Assembly: GCF_048593235.1 (NCBI RefSeq)
Contig: NC_133619.1
Coordinates: 433,035,644 to 433,099,643, forward strand
Length of the DNA: 64,000 bases
Reading direction: 5' to 3'
Source of the DNA: Sminthopsis crassicaudata
Lineage: Eukaryota
A program made the position numbers and the translations under genes. Shown here piece by piece: positions 26,603-37,400 of this stretch. The notes beneath the pieces are model-generated. The model saw only the letters and a program-made list of their open reading frames with translations, searched no databases and was not told the DNA's origin. How positions within the stretch are numbered: position 1 is the stretch's first letter; each line of letters begins with the position of its first letter.

Positions 26603-29600
26603 CCATAGAATTTTAAAAAGATAGTAGTTGAGCCATTTTCGTCTAGGAACAAAGAGCTCATATCCCAATAGCTTTTTTTTTCCTTTTAATAGCTTCTAAG
26701 AGCAGAATCTAGCTGTAAGCTAGTATAGTAACTCATGGGTCATAGTGGCTGACCCACAGACATTAAGAAAAGGTTAATTTTGTATTCTGTATGTAAACTA
26801 CTTATGATAGCAAGGAAGCACATCAAAGAAAATTTCTATTAAAATAACAGAAAAGGCTTAAATGCACAATTTTCAGTTATCCAGATGATACCAGAGGCCC
26901 AGTCTTAGTGACAATAGTGTGATCATGCTAACATAAGCGTGCAGATGTTAAGTGCTTAATAAATGGTTTTTTGGTTCAGACTAGACTGATGTGTTCTTTC
27001 CTTTACAACTTGTCTACTCAGTTTGAGAAATTATTCTTGGTAAGTCTTCGGTGGCAGTAAGCAACAACGAGGGACCAGGAAAAAAAGATGAACAATGGGG
27101 GCAATACTGAAGAAGAGTGATATCTGTCCTGAGACATTGTAGTATGCCAAAGAACATGTGCCTTTTAGAATACTGCAAATGTGTACCATTATAGTAAAGG
27201 CAGCTATAGTCATTAAAATGATTTCCTGAGACTTTGTAGGCGACAACTGGAACAGCTAATATCTAGAGTAAGTGTACTGTGTATTAATTGTACCGTTAAC
27301 TATGTTAGGAAATACTTAGTGATGTTCCTGTGAACACGAACCAGAGAAGCCTAAATAAATATGCAGAGATGGAAGAATGGATTCCCTAATCTATTCATTT
27401 TTTTAAAAAATAATTTTCTAAAAAGAATAATTTGCTTCAACTCAAGGAAATTTAAGAACCATTATCAACATTCTACCCCATCAAAAAGCATTTACAAATA
27501 GCAATGTCAGCATATGAAATATTTTAGCTATATACAGAATAGTATGACATAATATGAAACCATTTTTTAAAAATCCTATTCTATCAAACATCAGATAAAG
27601 TTTCAGCAAATTTCTGTGTTATGTGTTGGGATTTAGCTTAAATACTTTGGAATACATGGTGAAAACATTGAAACATTTGTGGTTTTAAAAAATCAACCAG
27701 CCGTGCTTGGTTGCCAGATTAAACAAGAAAAATGACCAGTGAGGACATATTTACTGTTGGTTACTAAATTACCTCTCAGCTCAGTTAGTTTGCTCAGAAA
27801 CTCTGCGGTCCGCTTTCTAAGGCCTGGAGAACATAAGCAGCCCGGACACTCCAGGGCCCAGAACCAGAGATAACTCGGGTTACAGCGCGGCTCGAGCCTC
27901 CTGCTGCAAGGGAGGAAGCCTTGGCCTCCCAGACACACAGTTACATCAAACAGCCCAACGTTCCGTGCAGTTGTTTGGAAAATGTCTGCTATTGGGAGAA
28001 ACTTTTCTTTTACAGGTTGATGTTTTAACTCTTAAGGAAAAATGAAATACACGCTACAAATCTGGGTATAAACTTGGCTTTTTTCTCCCAATAAATGAAA
28101 TATGTCTATCTAATTTGGGGCAATCCTAGCTCAGTGTGGCTGGACACAGACTTAACAGAAGATTAGAGGTGAAGGAGCTTAGGGTAGCATAAGATTACAA
28201 AGAATTTAATGCCTTTTCCCTCAAAAGAAGAATAGATGGACATTAAGTCAAGATTTTGAAGCCTTATCTATCAGGAATAACGAAATTCCGTTAGACTTTA
28301 GGAGGTCTGCTGGAGGAACAATGTAGAATAACCTTAAAATGAAGTAAATACGTTTAAAGTCTAACAACTGCAGACCTTAAACTTACTTCATTTTAAGGTT
28401 ATTCTACATTATTTAGAAAGTTCTTTAAATACCTTGAGATAATCAATCCTCCAGCAGAACTCCCAATTCTACTAAAGTCATTGCAAGGCATTTATTTATT
28501 CAAGTTGGTTTTATTCAGGAAAAGCCCTCCCTTCCCCCAACCTCAACTTAATCAGTTTGCTTTAGTTTGTGTCCTTTATTAAAAGTCTAACTAGTTGCCG
28601 GAATTAGAAGAATAAACCGAAGCCTCAAACAAAGAGATCCTGGGTCTATAGACTATTAAAGGAAACAATTCCCTCCTCGAGGCGGCTAAAACTTTTAAAA
28701 GGTTAAAGGAGGGAAGTTTATTTGTTGTGAGGTTACCCACCCAGAAAAAGGCATTTAACAGTTTATTCAAAGCTGTCCAAAGAAAACTTTAATACAAGCT
28801 TTAAAGAAACAGCCGCGAGATGCGCCGGGCAATTCGGAAGCTATCCAAATGACAGAATGTCAGTACCCCTTTGGAAGATGGGGGCAGAGGTGTAACAACT
28901 GAGCTAACTGCTGCCTCCCCCTCCCGTCTTCGAACTCTCCTGGCTTGGGGAACAGACGAAGCCGCAGACAGAAAACAGCACTTTGGATTAGAGAGGGAAG
29001 GCAAACGGCGGCAACAAGCGGGTTAGAGAGGGATGAGAGAAACCGAGGCCAGGCGCTCCTGAAGCGGTCTCCAGCGCACCGAGGCCACCTTCTACCGTCC
29101 CACGTCCCACTTCCTGCACCAGCATCACCGCTCCCGTCAGACACACACGCACGCTTAGGGGGCAAAAGTAGGCGGAAGGTGTTTTTGTTTTTTTATAGGG
29201 ATGAACCAGGAGGTTTGTATCAAAACTGTAGAGAAAGGGGAGGGGGGGGGAGGTGTTTGGATTAACTGGGGGAGTTCAGGGAGGAGGGTGGTCCACTATG
29301 TAATCCACTTTCTTCAAGAGGCTTCCGAGATTGAAAGCCTATCTCCACATGCACATAGATTTGCTTCAAAACGCCCTTTCTCCTAAGGCCATATTCTNNN
29401 NNNNNNNNNNNNNNNNNNNNNNNNNNNNNNNNNNNNNNNNNNNNNNNNNNNNNNNNNNNNNNNNNNNNNNNNNNNNNNNNNNNNNNNNNNNNNNNNNNNN
29501 NNNNNNNNNNNNNNNNNNNNNNNNNNNNNNNNNNNNNNNNNNNNNNNNNNNNNNNNNNNNNNNNNNNNNNNNNNNNNNNNNNNNNNNNNNNNNNNNNNNN

Positions 29601-30282
29601 NNNNNNNNNNNNNNNNNNNNNNNNNNNNNNNNNNNNNNNNNNNNNNNNNNNNNNNNNNNNNNNNNNNNNNNNNNNNNNNNNNNNNNNNNNNNNNNNNNNN
29701 NNNNNNNNNNNNNNNNNNNNNNNNNNNNNNNNNNNNNNNNNNNNNNNNNNNNNNNNNNNNNNNNNNNNNNNNNNNNNNCCCACTTACACACACACACTCC
29801 CACTCACACACAGACACACACTCCCACACACAATCCCACACAGACACACACATACGCTGACACACTCATATACATACACACACATACATACACACACACT
29901 CACACACTTCACACTGCTCTCCTAACACGACCGTATCTCGCCATACACAAACACCCCCACGTTCACAGCACCCTTCTACATCCTGTCACACACACGCACA
30001 CACTCACATACTTCTCGGCCATATTCGCTCCAGCACACATGCACAACACCCGTTTACTACACGCGCGCGCTCTTCTCCCCATCACACATACATGGCTGCT
30101 TCCCACCACCCAGCTGTTAGCCCCCTCCTCACGAACGCCTCACACAGCGCTCTTGTGGGCGCGTCCATGCCCACCGCTCACACCCCCCCTTCCAGCACCT
30201 GCACCTTCATTCCCCCTCCCCCCGTCGCGGGCCCCTCGGTACCTGTGAGATAATTGGTCCACTTATACAGAACCCCCTCCAT
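7542..30282 (-). CDS. PLEKHA3: Pleckstrin homology domain-containing A3 (FAPP1), complete spliced CDS: complement(join(7542..7669,11124..11236,13470..13513,14512..14676,15988..16124,17307..17462,23867..23983,30243..30282)), 900 nt, 299 aa
   Basis: Eight exons with GT/AG boundaries and consistent phases translate to [74 protein letters not shown]...IPPSFSS*, recognisable as FAPP1. Synteny with FKBP7/PJVK/PRKRA agrees. Confidence 0.98.
9600..10190 (-). mobile_element. Ancient L3/CR1 fragment
   Basis: atcatgtcccc...aaccattctggttatctacctctggatg motifs, reverse complement of the L3 RT 3' region; ends approximate. Confidence 0.6.
11124..11236 (-). CDS. PLEKHA3: PLEKHA3 exon 7 ([37 protein letters not shown])
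   Basis: ttgtag| acceptor, A|GTAAGT donor, 113 nt. Confidence 0.96.
13090..13260 (+). mobile_element. MIR/CORE-SINE (one example of many MIR relics in the window)
   Basis: gggcagcagtggataagagcactgggc...ctcagacacttactatctatgtggcctgggcaaatcacttaaccc. Confidence 0.75.
13470..13513 (-). CDS. PLEKHA3: PLEKHA3 exon 6 ([15 protein letters not shown])
   Basis: ttctag| acceptor, AG|GTAAAA donor, 44 nt; too short for the ORF track but in phase with its neighbours. Confidence 0.95.
14512..14676 (-). CDS. PLEKHA3: PLEKHA3 exon 5 ([55 protein letters not shown])
   Basis: ttttag| acceptor, ATG|GTTGGA donor, 165 nt. Confidence 0.96.
15988..16124 (-). CDS. PLEKHA3: PLEKHA3 exon 4 ([46 protein letters not shown])
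   Basis: tttcag| acceptor, GAG|GTATTA donor, 137 nt. Confidence 0.97.
17307..17462 (-). CDS. PLEKHA3: PLEKHA3 exon 3 ([52 protein letters not shown])
   Basis: ctcacag| acceptor, G|GTATTA donor, 156 nt, contains the PH C-terminal helix. Confidence 0.97.
18438..18597 (-). mobile_element. WSINE1-type CORE-SINE, full length
   Basis: Reverse complement GGGGCAGCTAGGTGGCGCAGTGGATAGAGCACCAGCCC...GGCAAGTCACTTAACCCCAGCCTCAG plus A tail; 13-bp TSD ATGATGTTGTTTA at 18425-18437 and 18598-18610. Confidence 0.92.
19938..20669 (-). mobile_element. Non-autonomous Tigger1-derived DNA transposon (Tigger1a_Mars-like)
   Basis: Both Tigger1 ends are recognisable (caatcatacctt-ggaaatactatgggtttagttccagatcac; ttacaaattgaaggtttgtggtaaccctgc on the minus strand), joined at GACTCTTC; TA TSDs at 19936-19937 and 20670-20671. 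Confidence 0.88.
22325..22388 (+). mobile_element. 5'-truncated WSINE1-like 3' end with A tail
   Basis: gcctcagacacctgacactagctgtgtgaccctgggcaactgcctc followed by A7GA7. Confidence 0.65.
23034..23729 (+). mobile_element. Young 5'-truncated marsupial L1 (ORF2 C-terminus, 3' UTR, A-rich tail)
   Basis: Open ORF2 end LLGLYPKEI...[15 protein letters not shown]...[13 protein letters not shown]; 16-bp TSD AAGAATACTCTCTTTT at 23018-23033 and 23730-23745; TT|AAGA endonuclease site. Confidence 0.95.
23867..23983 (-). CDS. PLEKHA3: PLEKHA3 exon 2 ([39 protein letters not shown])
   Basis: ctctag| acceptor, G|GTAAGA donor, 117 nt, PH-domain core. Confidence 0.97.
25670..25860 (+). mobile_element. MAR1-type CORE-SINE
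   Basis: gtcatttaaccctgtt...gaaggaaatggccaacctctccagtggctttgccaa. Confidence 0.6.
28320..28410. repeat. Inverted repeat: perfect 28-bp arms plus an inner 11-bp stem and a 9-nt loop
   Basis: AATGTAGAATAACCTTAAAATGAAGTAA (28320-28347) is the exact reverse complement of 28383-28410. Confidence 0.95.
29398..29778. other. Assembly gap (N run)
   Basis: Ns. Confidence 1.
29779..30010. repeat. Imperfect (CA)n-rich low-complexity tract
   Basis: Dense cacaca/cacaga units next to an N-gap. Confidence 0.9.
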
Positions 30283-30840
30283 CCTTCAGAGCCCGGCGCC
30301 GCGCATCCTCCCCGCGGGCGCCCCCGGCTCGGCCTCCTCCTCCTCTCCAAGCGCAGCTGCTCCCGCTCCGGCTGCCCCTCCCCGGGGCCTGCGCCTCCAG
30401 CCGGGGCGGGAGCGGCCGCGATCAGTCAGCCCCTCTGCAGGGGGCTCCCCGCGCCGGGAAGCTCGGAGCAGCCCCGGACGGCAGCGGCTGGGTAGCAGCT
30501 GGGCGCCGGCCCCGTCATTCCCCGCCGGGGGCTCGCGGGCTGTGGGCAAGCCAGAGCCTGAGCCTGCGCCGCCGGCAGCCGCCGCGTGCCCCGCACCGGG
30601 CTGCTCTCGCCCCTTCCCGGCTCTCCGGTCCCCCTCCCACCCTTCCTCCCTCCGGCCTGCCTCCTTCCCTCCTTCCCTTCCCCCGGGCTGCTCGTTTATT
30701 TTCTCTGACCCCGGACGTGGCTTTTTACTTCCTGGATGAAAGGGGCCGGCTCCGAGAGCGAAACCCCACCCCCGGCGGCGGAGCCTGGATGGAGGGCCCT
30801 CCGCGGGGAGAGAGGGAGGGATTTCTCCGCACCCCCGCTT
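29930..30840. promoter_or_regulatory. CpG island / PLEKHA3 promoter and first exon
   Basis: Very high GC and CpG density around the ATG at 30282; further CpG-rich patches at 27800-27960 and 28800-29170. Confidence 0.9.
30243..30282 (-). CDS. PLEKHA3: PLEKHA3 coding exon 1 ([14 protein letters not shown])
   Basis: ATG at 30282 inside a CpG island; donor G|GTACCG; 40 nt. Confidence 0.97.
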
Positions 30841-31116
30841 CTCCCAGTCCTCCTCCTGGCCCTCTCCCCCTTCTTTCCTTTCTTTCCCCCCCTCCCTTCT
30901 CCCTCCTCTTCCTTCCTTCCCCTCTTCTCTTCCCTCCTCTCCCCCATCTCCATGTCCTCTTTCCCATCCCTGTCTCCTCTTCCTTTTCCGCTCCTTCCCC
31001 ATCTCCGTCTCCTCTTTCCTCTCTCCTATCCTTCCTCGTTCTCCTCCCCATTCCCTCTTTCCTATTTCTCCTCCCCTCTTCATGCTACTCCTTCCCCTTT
31101 CTGCCTTTTCCCCATT
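30840..31116. repeat. Polypyrimidine (CT-rich) low-complexity tract
   Basis: Almost only C and T for about 280 nt, ending at an N-gap. Confidence 0.92.
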
Positions 31117-31394
31117 NNNNNNNNNNNNNNNNNNNNNNNNNNNNNNNNNNNNNNNNNNNNNNNNNNNNNNNNNNNNNNNNNNNNNNNNNNNNNNNNNNNN
31201 NNNNNNNNNNNNNNNNNNNNNNNNNNNNNNNNNNNNNNNNNNNNNNNNNNNNNNNNNNNNNNNNNNNNNNNNNNNNNNNNNNNNNNNNNNNNNNNNNNNN
31301 NNNNNNNNNNNNNNNNNNNNNNNNNNNNNNNNNNNNNNNNNNNNNNNNNNNNNNNNNNNNNNNNNNNNNNNNNNNNNNNNNNNNNNNNNNNNNN
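31117..31394. other. Assembly gap (N run)
   Basis: Ns. Confidence 1.
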
Positions 31395-32532
31395 AGGAAC
31401 CATCATCCAGGCACTGCTGGCCCTCCTCAATCCCATGGTCCAGCCTCATCTGCATATTACCGCTAGCCGCAGCTACTCGCACCACCACCTGATATACAAA
31501 GTAATGCTTTAACGTTTGAAAAGCTATTTCATTTGAGCCTCATAACCGCGTTGGAAAGCAAGCAATTTTTACTTATTTTATCCAACCACCCAAGGTTAAG
31601 AAGTGGCTAGTTGAAGCAGGCGTTGGAGTGCACAATTACTCATCTTCCTGAGTTAAAATTTGGCGTCGGACACTTTCTAGTGTGACTTTCCGCAGGTCTC
31701 CTAACTCTACCTCAGTTTCCTAATCTACAAATATCTAACAGGAACTGGAGAAGAAAATAAACCACTCCAGTATCTTTGCCCGTGGGAGGGGAGGAGGGGG
31801 AATCCAAAAAGAGGTCACAGAAAGAACACAACTGAAACCATTTAACAGTCCCAGATTAAGGGACTTGCTCAAAGTCAAAAAATGAGTGGACGAATCAGAA
31901 TCGGAATTGGATCTTTCCTGAGACAGAAAGGGATCTGCAACTCCTTCCTTTTACAAAGGAGGAACAAGCTGACTGTAAATATCTTGAACAGGTTCACACA
32001 GCTATTAATATCCTCCTCAGTATGTGTCCCCAGCATTTAATACTATTATACATGGCCTCCATAAGCATAATGCTTGTTTCCTTCCTTCTTTAAAGTTGGA
32101 AAGCACCTCTGAGGTCATCGAATATGATCCCCTTTTTTCCTAGATGAGGAAACTGAGTCTGAGAAGTATGGTTAAATTCCCAGGGACACACAGCTATGTC
32201 TGAAACAAGATTAAAACCTTTCGCCACCTAGCGGCCTCTCTGAAATATAACCTCTCTTCTGTCTCAACTGCTTTTTCTATCATCGGGAAAAGTGGGTTGA
32301 ATAAGACCCTCATCATTGTGTGACCCTGGATAATTAAGCACACTGAGCCATTTTTCTCATCTATGAAACGATTCGATGACCCCCCCGAAATCCTTTCCAA
32401 GTTTTATACTCTTTTCTAATTAATAGTGCTGACTTGTGAATTAGGGACATGCCCTGAAGTTCAAAGCATACACACCTGGAGTGAGTGGAGGGGGGCAGGG
32501 AGAGGTGCTGAAAATTCTGGCACCTAATCCGC

Positions 32533-32563
<31 letters not shown>

Positions 32564-33539
32564 TGCTCTAAGCACGGTGCATGCTTCTTATGTTCCTATC
32601 AAATAGCTAGTTGCAAGTTTTAATGAATAAGAACATTCTTACCGTCAGGTAATAAAAGCCTCTGGGAATGTGCCTGGATTTTTTGTTGTTTTCAAATGTT
32701 ATTTAATACAAGTAAGGACCAAGTCATGATTTTGTTGCTGTTGTTGAATGAAATTGAATATGTTTTCTTTATTCTTATTGTAAATTCTTCCTTTGTATCT
32801 TTCCAGCCTATTCTTGGGTCCCTCGGATTAGGGATTTAGAGCTGCCTAAATGGAACTGGGACTCAAAGTCCTGGAGGAAGCGACCTCAGAGGCTATTTTG
32901 TCCATCCCCGCTCATTTTACAGATGAGGCAACTGAAATGTAGGACAGGGCAAGCCAATTGGTAGTTACCTAGCCAGTAATCAGTCCTCAAAAGGTAGGAT
33001 TATGAATCAAGTCCTTTTACTACTCCCAATCCAGTGAGGAAATTGGGACCCAAAGAGAGTGATCCGCCCGTCACAGAATTTTGACTTGTGATCATTTGGG
33101 AGTAGGTGTCTACTGTCTACTAACCGTATTCATCCAGGACTGACTTTTTCATCTTCGTCCCCACCAAGTCCCAGCAATAGCCCTGGCAAGACAGTATTTG
33201 TGGAAATAGGCCGAGCTGAAAATCACCTTCCCCGCCCCCTCCGTGATTAGCGTCCATCTCCTGGGCTGGGTGCTAGGTTTGTGAATTTGGTCAAGAGAAA
33301 CCCACTAGTAAGGAAGCCCTGGAGCCAGAGAAGGGTGTTTGAATGATTTCGGGCAACACATCTGAGATGTTTAACTGCCACCGGGTATCACCTCTTATAT
33401 AACACACCCACCTCATTTCTGGACTCCAGTGGGGACGGCTTGAAGCAGAGTGGGGAAAAGTCCTCTTAGGAATGAGGCTCTGATATCCACTCATATGCCT
33501 CAGTGAAAAAGGTTGCTGCTTTCTTAAAAACCTCAAGAA

Positions 33540-34400
33540 AGTGATAGGAACCTTTCGTAATCCCCTTCCCACGCCTCGGGTTTTCTATCGCTGCCCTAAG
33601 GGAGACTGAAATCAGGAAAACCGGACTAAAACCTTCCCCCCCAAGTCGTATTTTCCTTTTAAGCTTTGAAATCTACGCTTTAGCCAGCAACTGCACGACC
33701 GCAGATCTCCAAGTACTTGGAAAATTTCCCTTTCAAGGCAAGTAAATTTAATCAGAAGTCAGCCAGTTTAAGTCACACTTATATCTCTGCTTTGCAAGCT
33801 GGCAGGCTTTATGACATTTTTCACGCTCTTCCACTGGAGCAGGACAATCAATACAAAACCGCCCAGTCCCACCATGAGACTACAATTGAAATGGCTTTAT
33901 CTTCCACCGCCCCGTCCCGCCCAGTGCAGACAAGCACCGCCCCTACGAGGGTGTGGCAAAGCTCCGCCTCCAGCGCCCTTCTATGACGTAACAATGCCAC
34001 GCGTCTAGAGCCTAGTTAGAGGGGGAAGAATAGAGGGAGGTGGTCCTGGGATTTGGGGGGCTACAACTTCAGGAGTCATGCATTTTTCCTTTAAATGCGT
34101 TCTTTTCTTGCAGGCTTTAAGCCTCTTTTCTTCCTTTATCCAGGGACAAAAACTAGAGGAAGGCATGGATGAAGTGAAAATAGAAGTTTTACATCTTCCA
34201 GAAAACTGTTCTTCCAAAAGCAAGAAGGGGGACCTGCTAAATGCTCACTATGATGGTTACTTGGCAAACGGCACCAAATTCTACTGCAGGTAGGAAACGC
34301 AAGCTAACGTCTACGTGTGTACAACCTAACCTTGCTCCTTTCGACAGAAAACCAGTTGTGTTCGATAGATAAATCTGTACTGTACCTTGCACCCTTCTAA
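33540..34400. promoter_or_regulatory. Weak CpG island / FKBP7 promoter with GC boxes and a CRE-like TGACGTAA
   Basis: Repeated CCGCCC motifs at 33870-33970 and TGACGTAA at 33984-33991, directly upstream of the ATG. Confidence 0.7.
34078..34289 (+). CDS. FKBP7: FKBP7 exon 1 coding part
   Basis: gtcATGC start; AG|GTAGGA donor; 212 nt. Confidence 0.95.
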
Positions 34401-37400
34401 CAAACCAGATTAAAGTACTGCATTAATGCAAAAGCTGAAGATAGGGTGACTAAGTCTTACGATCAAGTTGCATCTAAGGAAAAAGATGGCTAATTTTTTT
34501 TATTCGATTGGATATTACTGTTAAATTTACTAAAAGGTGGAAATTAGACCCAAAATATAATCATATCTTTGCCTTTTTTTTCTTTGAAGTCATTTGAACT
34601 ATACCAGAAATATATTGAACTATGTATGTATATAGAAATCGAACTGCGTGAGTTTTTTATAATACTCTTTTTTTCCCCTCCAACGTAGTTGTAAAGAAAG
34701 GATCTGAGCTTAGGTCCAGTGTTATCCCTTCAGCCCTTCCTACTCTGCATTTCTGGAGTTTTAGGAAGTATTTAGCAATTTGTGCCCCTAGGGAGCACTG
34801 TACTACCAACTAGGAGAATTACTGTGGGTGCAACACAAGACTTCTTTGGTATTTCTATTTTTCCTTGATACAACCTTCCAGGCTCAATGTTATAAAAGTT
34901 TATAATGTAGTAGTTGTATTTTTTATATTACCCAAATTATTATTTTCCTTCAATCACACTTGAAGTCTTAAAAAAAAGGTGACAACAGGAAACAAGAAAA
35001 AAAAATCAGTTCTTTGTTTAGAAGCTAACTAGAATTCTCAGAAGCCAATTATTCCATGAATTCAACCAATTCAATCCCACAAGTATTTATCAAGTACATT
35101 TAACTTAATGTTTAAAGTAGCTAGGTGCTTGGGATATAAAAATATTGATTTATGACTTGAGTTCCTAGAGCAGAAGCTATTGGGGAAGATAAGACAACTA
35201 TAAAAATATAGGTGGTATTAAGGAGGGAGAAAACACTAACAAATTAGGGGGTTAGAGGAGATTAGGGAAAATTTCAAAGCTTCACTAGGAAAAAATTAAG
35301 TTGAGAATAAAAATGAAGTAACATCTTGCTACTAGTGGCTTTGGGCAAATTATACTGTTTCTAAGAAAAGTTTAGGCTAAAAAAAATATACGTAGGCATA
35401 TATAGTGCTCCTATATACTCTTGTAGAAATATAAAACAGGTAACTTAAAGTGTACACCGGAGCCAGTTCAGAGTGGTTATTTAGAGAGCCAGTTATCAAA
35501 TTTTAAATGTGATCATGTTTATTCTTTGGAAATGGCTAATGTTGGGGCAAATAGATGTAGTGGATAGAGCACCAGCCCTGGAGTCAAAAGAATCTGAGTT
35601 CAAATTTGGCCTGAGACACTGAGCAAGTCACTTAACCCCAATTGCCTAAGGGGGAAAAAAAAAAAAAAAAGGAAATGGCTAATGTTACCAATTATATTTT
35701 TTTGATCGTTTAGACTTGAGAGTGATAGTATTGAGAAATTATTAAAAGCAGATTAAATTTGAAAGTCGAATACATTAATTTTCTATGAGATCTGGTTATC
35801 AAATATTAGCCACACTTCCAGGTATATATTAACTAGTGATGCAGAGCTATTTAATATTTAAAATAGTACCTTTGTTCTGATGTATATATTTGATACTTGT
35901 CTAGCATATTATTGCTATTATATGATTCCATGGCATGACTTAATTAAATATGTTTTTTCTTTTTTTTTTTTTAATTGTAGCCGGACACAAAATAAAGGTC
36001 ACCCAAAATGGTTTGTTCTTGGTGTTGGGCAAGTAATAAAAGGCCTAGATATTGCTATGATGGGTATGTGTTCTGGAGAAAAAAGAAAAGTGACAATACC
36101 TCCTTCACTGGCCTATGGAAAGGAAGGCTCTGGTAAAATATTTATTAAAATTGATAATCTTTCGTTTGCATTTCAAAATAAATCATCAGAAAAGCTAATC
36201 ATACAACTTCTTTGTTCTATATTGCTTTATTCTAGGTGCTTTGGATTTTTTTTGTTTTTTTGTTTTTTTGTAAACATTATTTCTTATGAATTGCTTATGA
36301 ACCTTTAAAAAGTCATGAGGTACAGCCTCCCAGATCTGAAATCAGGGGTGCTGGGGTTCAGATTCCTGCCCTGACTCTTGCTCTCCTTGTGACTTTGGAC
36401 AAAAATCACCAAACTTTTTTAGGTCCTCAGTTTCCCACTGCAAAATGGAGTTGGTTGAACTAAAATTTATCTTAATGTCCCTCTGAATCTCAGGTCTTTT
36501 TCAGTGTTTAAGCTGATCCCTCAGACTTAAGTTGAGATTGTTTCATTCTTGATTTTTCAATCCTCAATGCCTAGCACAATGCTGGACAAATAATGAGTGA
36601 TTAATAAATATTTGATTGATTGCTGAACCACTTTCGCTGGATCTTGATTATTGAAGTGGTTGCCACTTCTGTGGCAAATCTTAAAGGACTAACTGGGGCC
36701 ACTGCTTTTCCACTATTACCTCACCAGGAGTTGGACCTTAGTGGGGAGGTAGAAATAACTCACATTTTTGTAGCACAATGTTTCCTACAACAGCCTTATG
36801 CTGGTAGAGAGAGTGTGACTATTATTATACTCATTTTATATATGAGGAAACTAAAGCTTAGTAGGATTGTGACTTGGTTATGTTTATCCACCTAGAGAAG
36901 GAAAGAACCAGGATTCAGGCCTAGATATTCTGGTTCATTGCATTACTCTTTTTTTGTATCATGCTTTCTCTCAAGTTGAAAGTCAAACTTAAAAATAAAG
37001 ACTGCTAATGATAAGAGAGGATATTCCCAGAGTCATTTTTAAATCAGCATCTGAAAATGTAGTAAGCAAGTCACTGACTCAACCACACAAAAGGGAAGAT
37101 TCTTTATAAAGTGCTGAGCAAATGGGCTGAAGTCTTCAGTGTCCATCTTTTTCTTAATCCACCACAGAGAAAGAATGAAAAAGAGAAATGGAACTTATGC
37201 ATAGAGACAAAATTCCAGCCCTCCTCTATTGGAGAGAGATCTGTTACAACCCTGGAGCCATAAGGAACATATTAAAGCTTAAAAACAGCATTGAGACTTT
37301 CAGGATAATCTACAAAAAGCAGTGGCAATCTAGTATTCACAACCCCTGGTACACAGCCGGTGTAGTGTCAAAGTTGTTGAATTGAATGATCCGTGGTTCA

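Noticed and set aside
29262-31512. Long ORFs around the PLEKHA3 promoter (up to 400 aa)
   Set aside because: They are inflated by N runs, CA and CT low-complexity tracts and GC-rich sequence, and show no protein-family signature.
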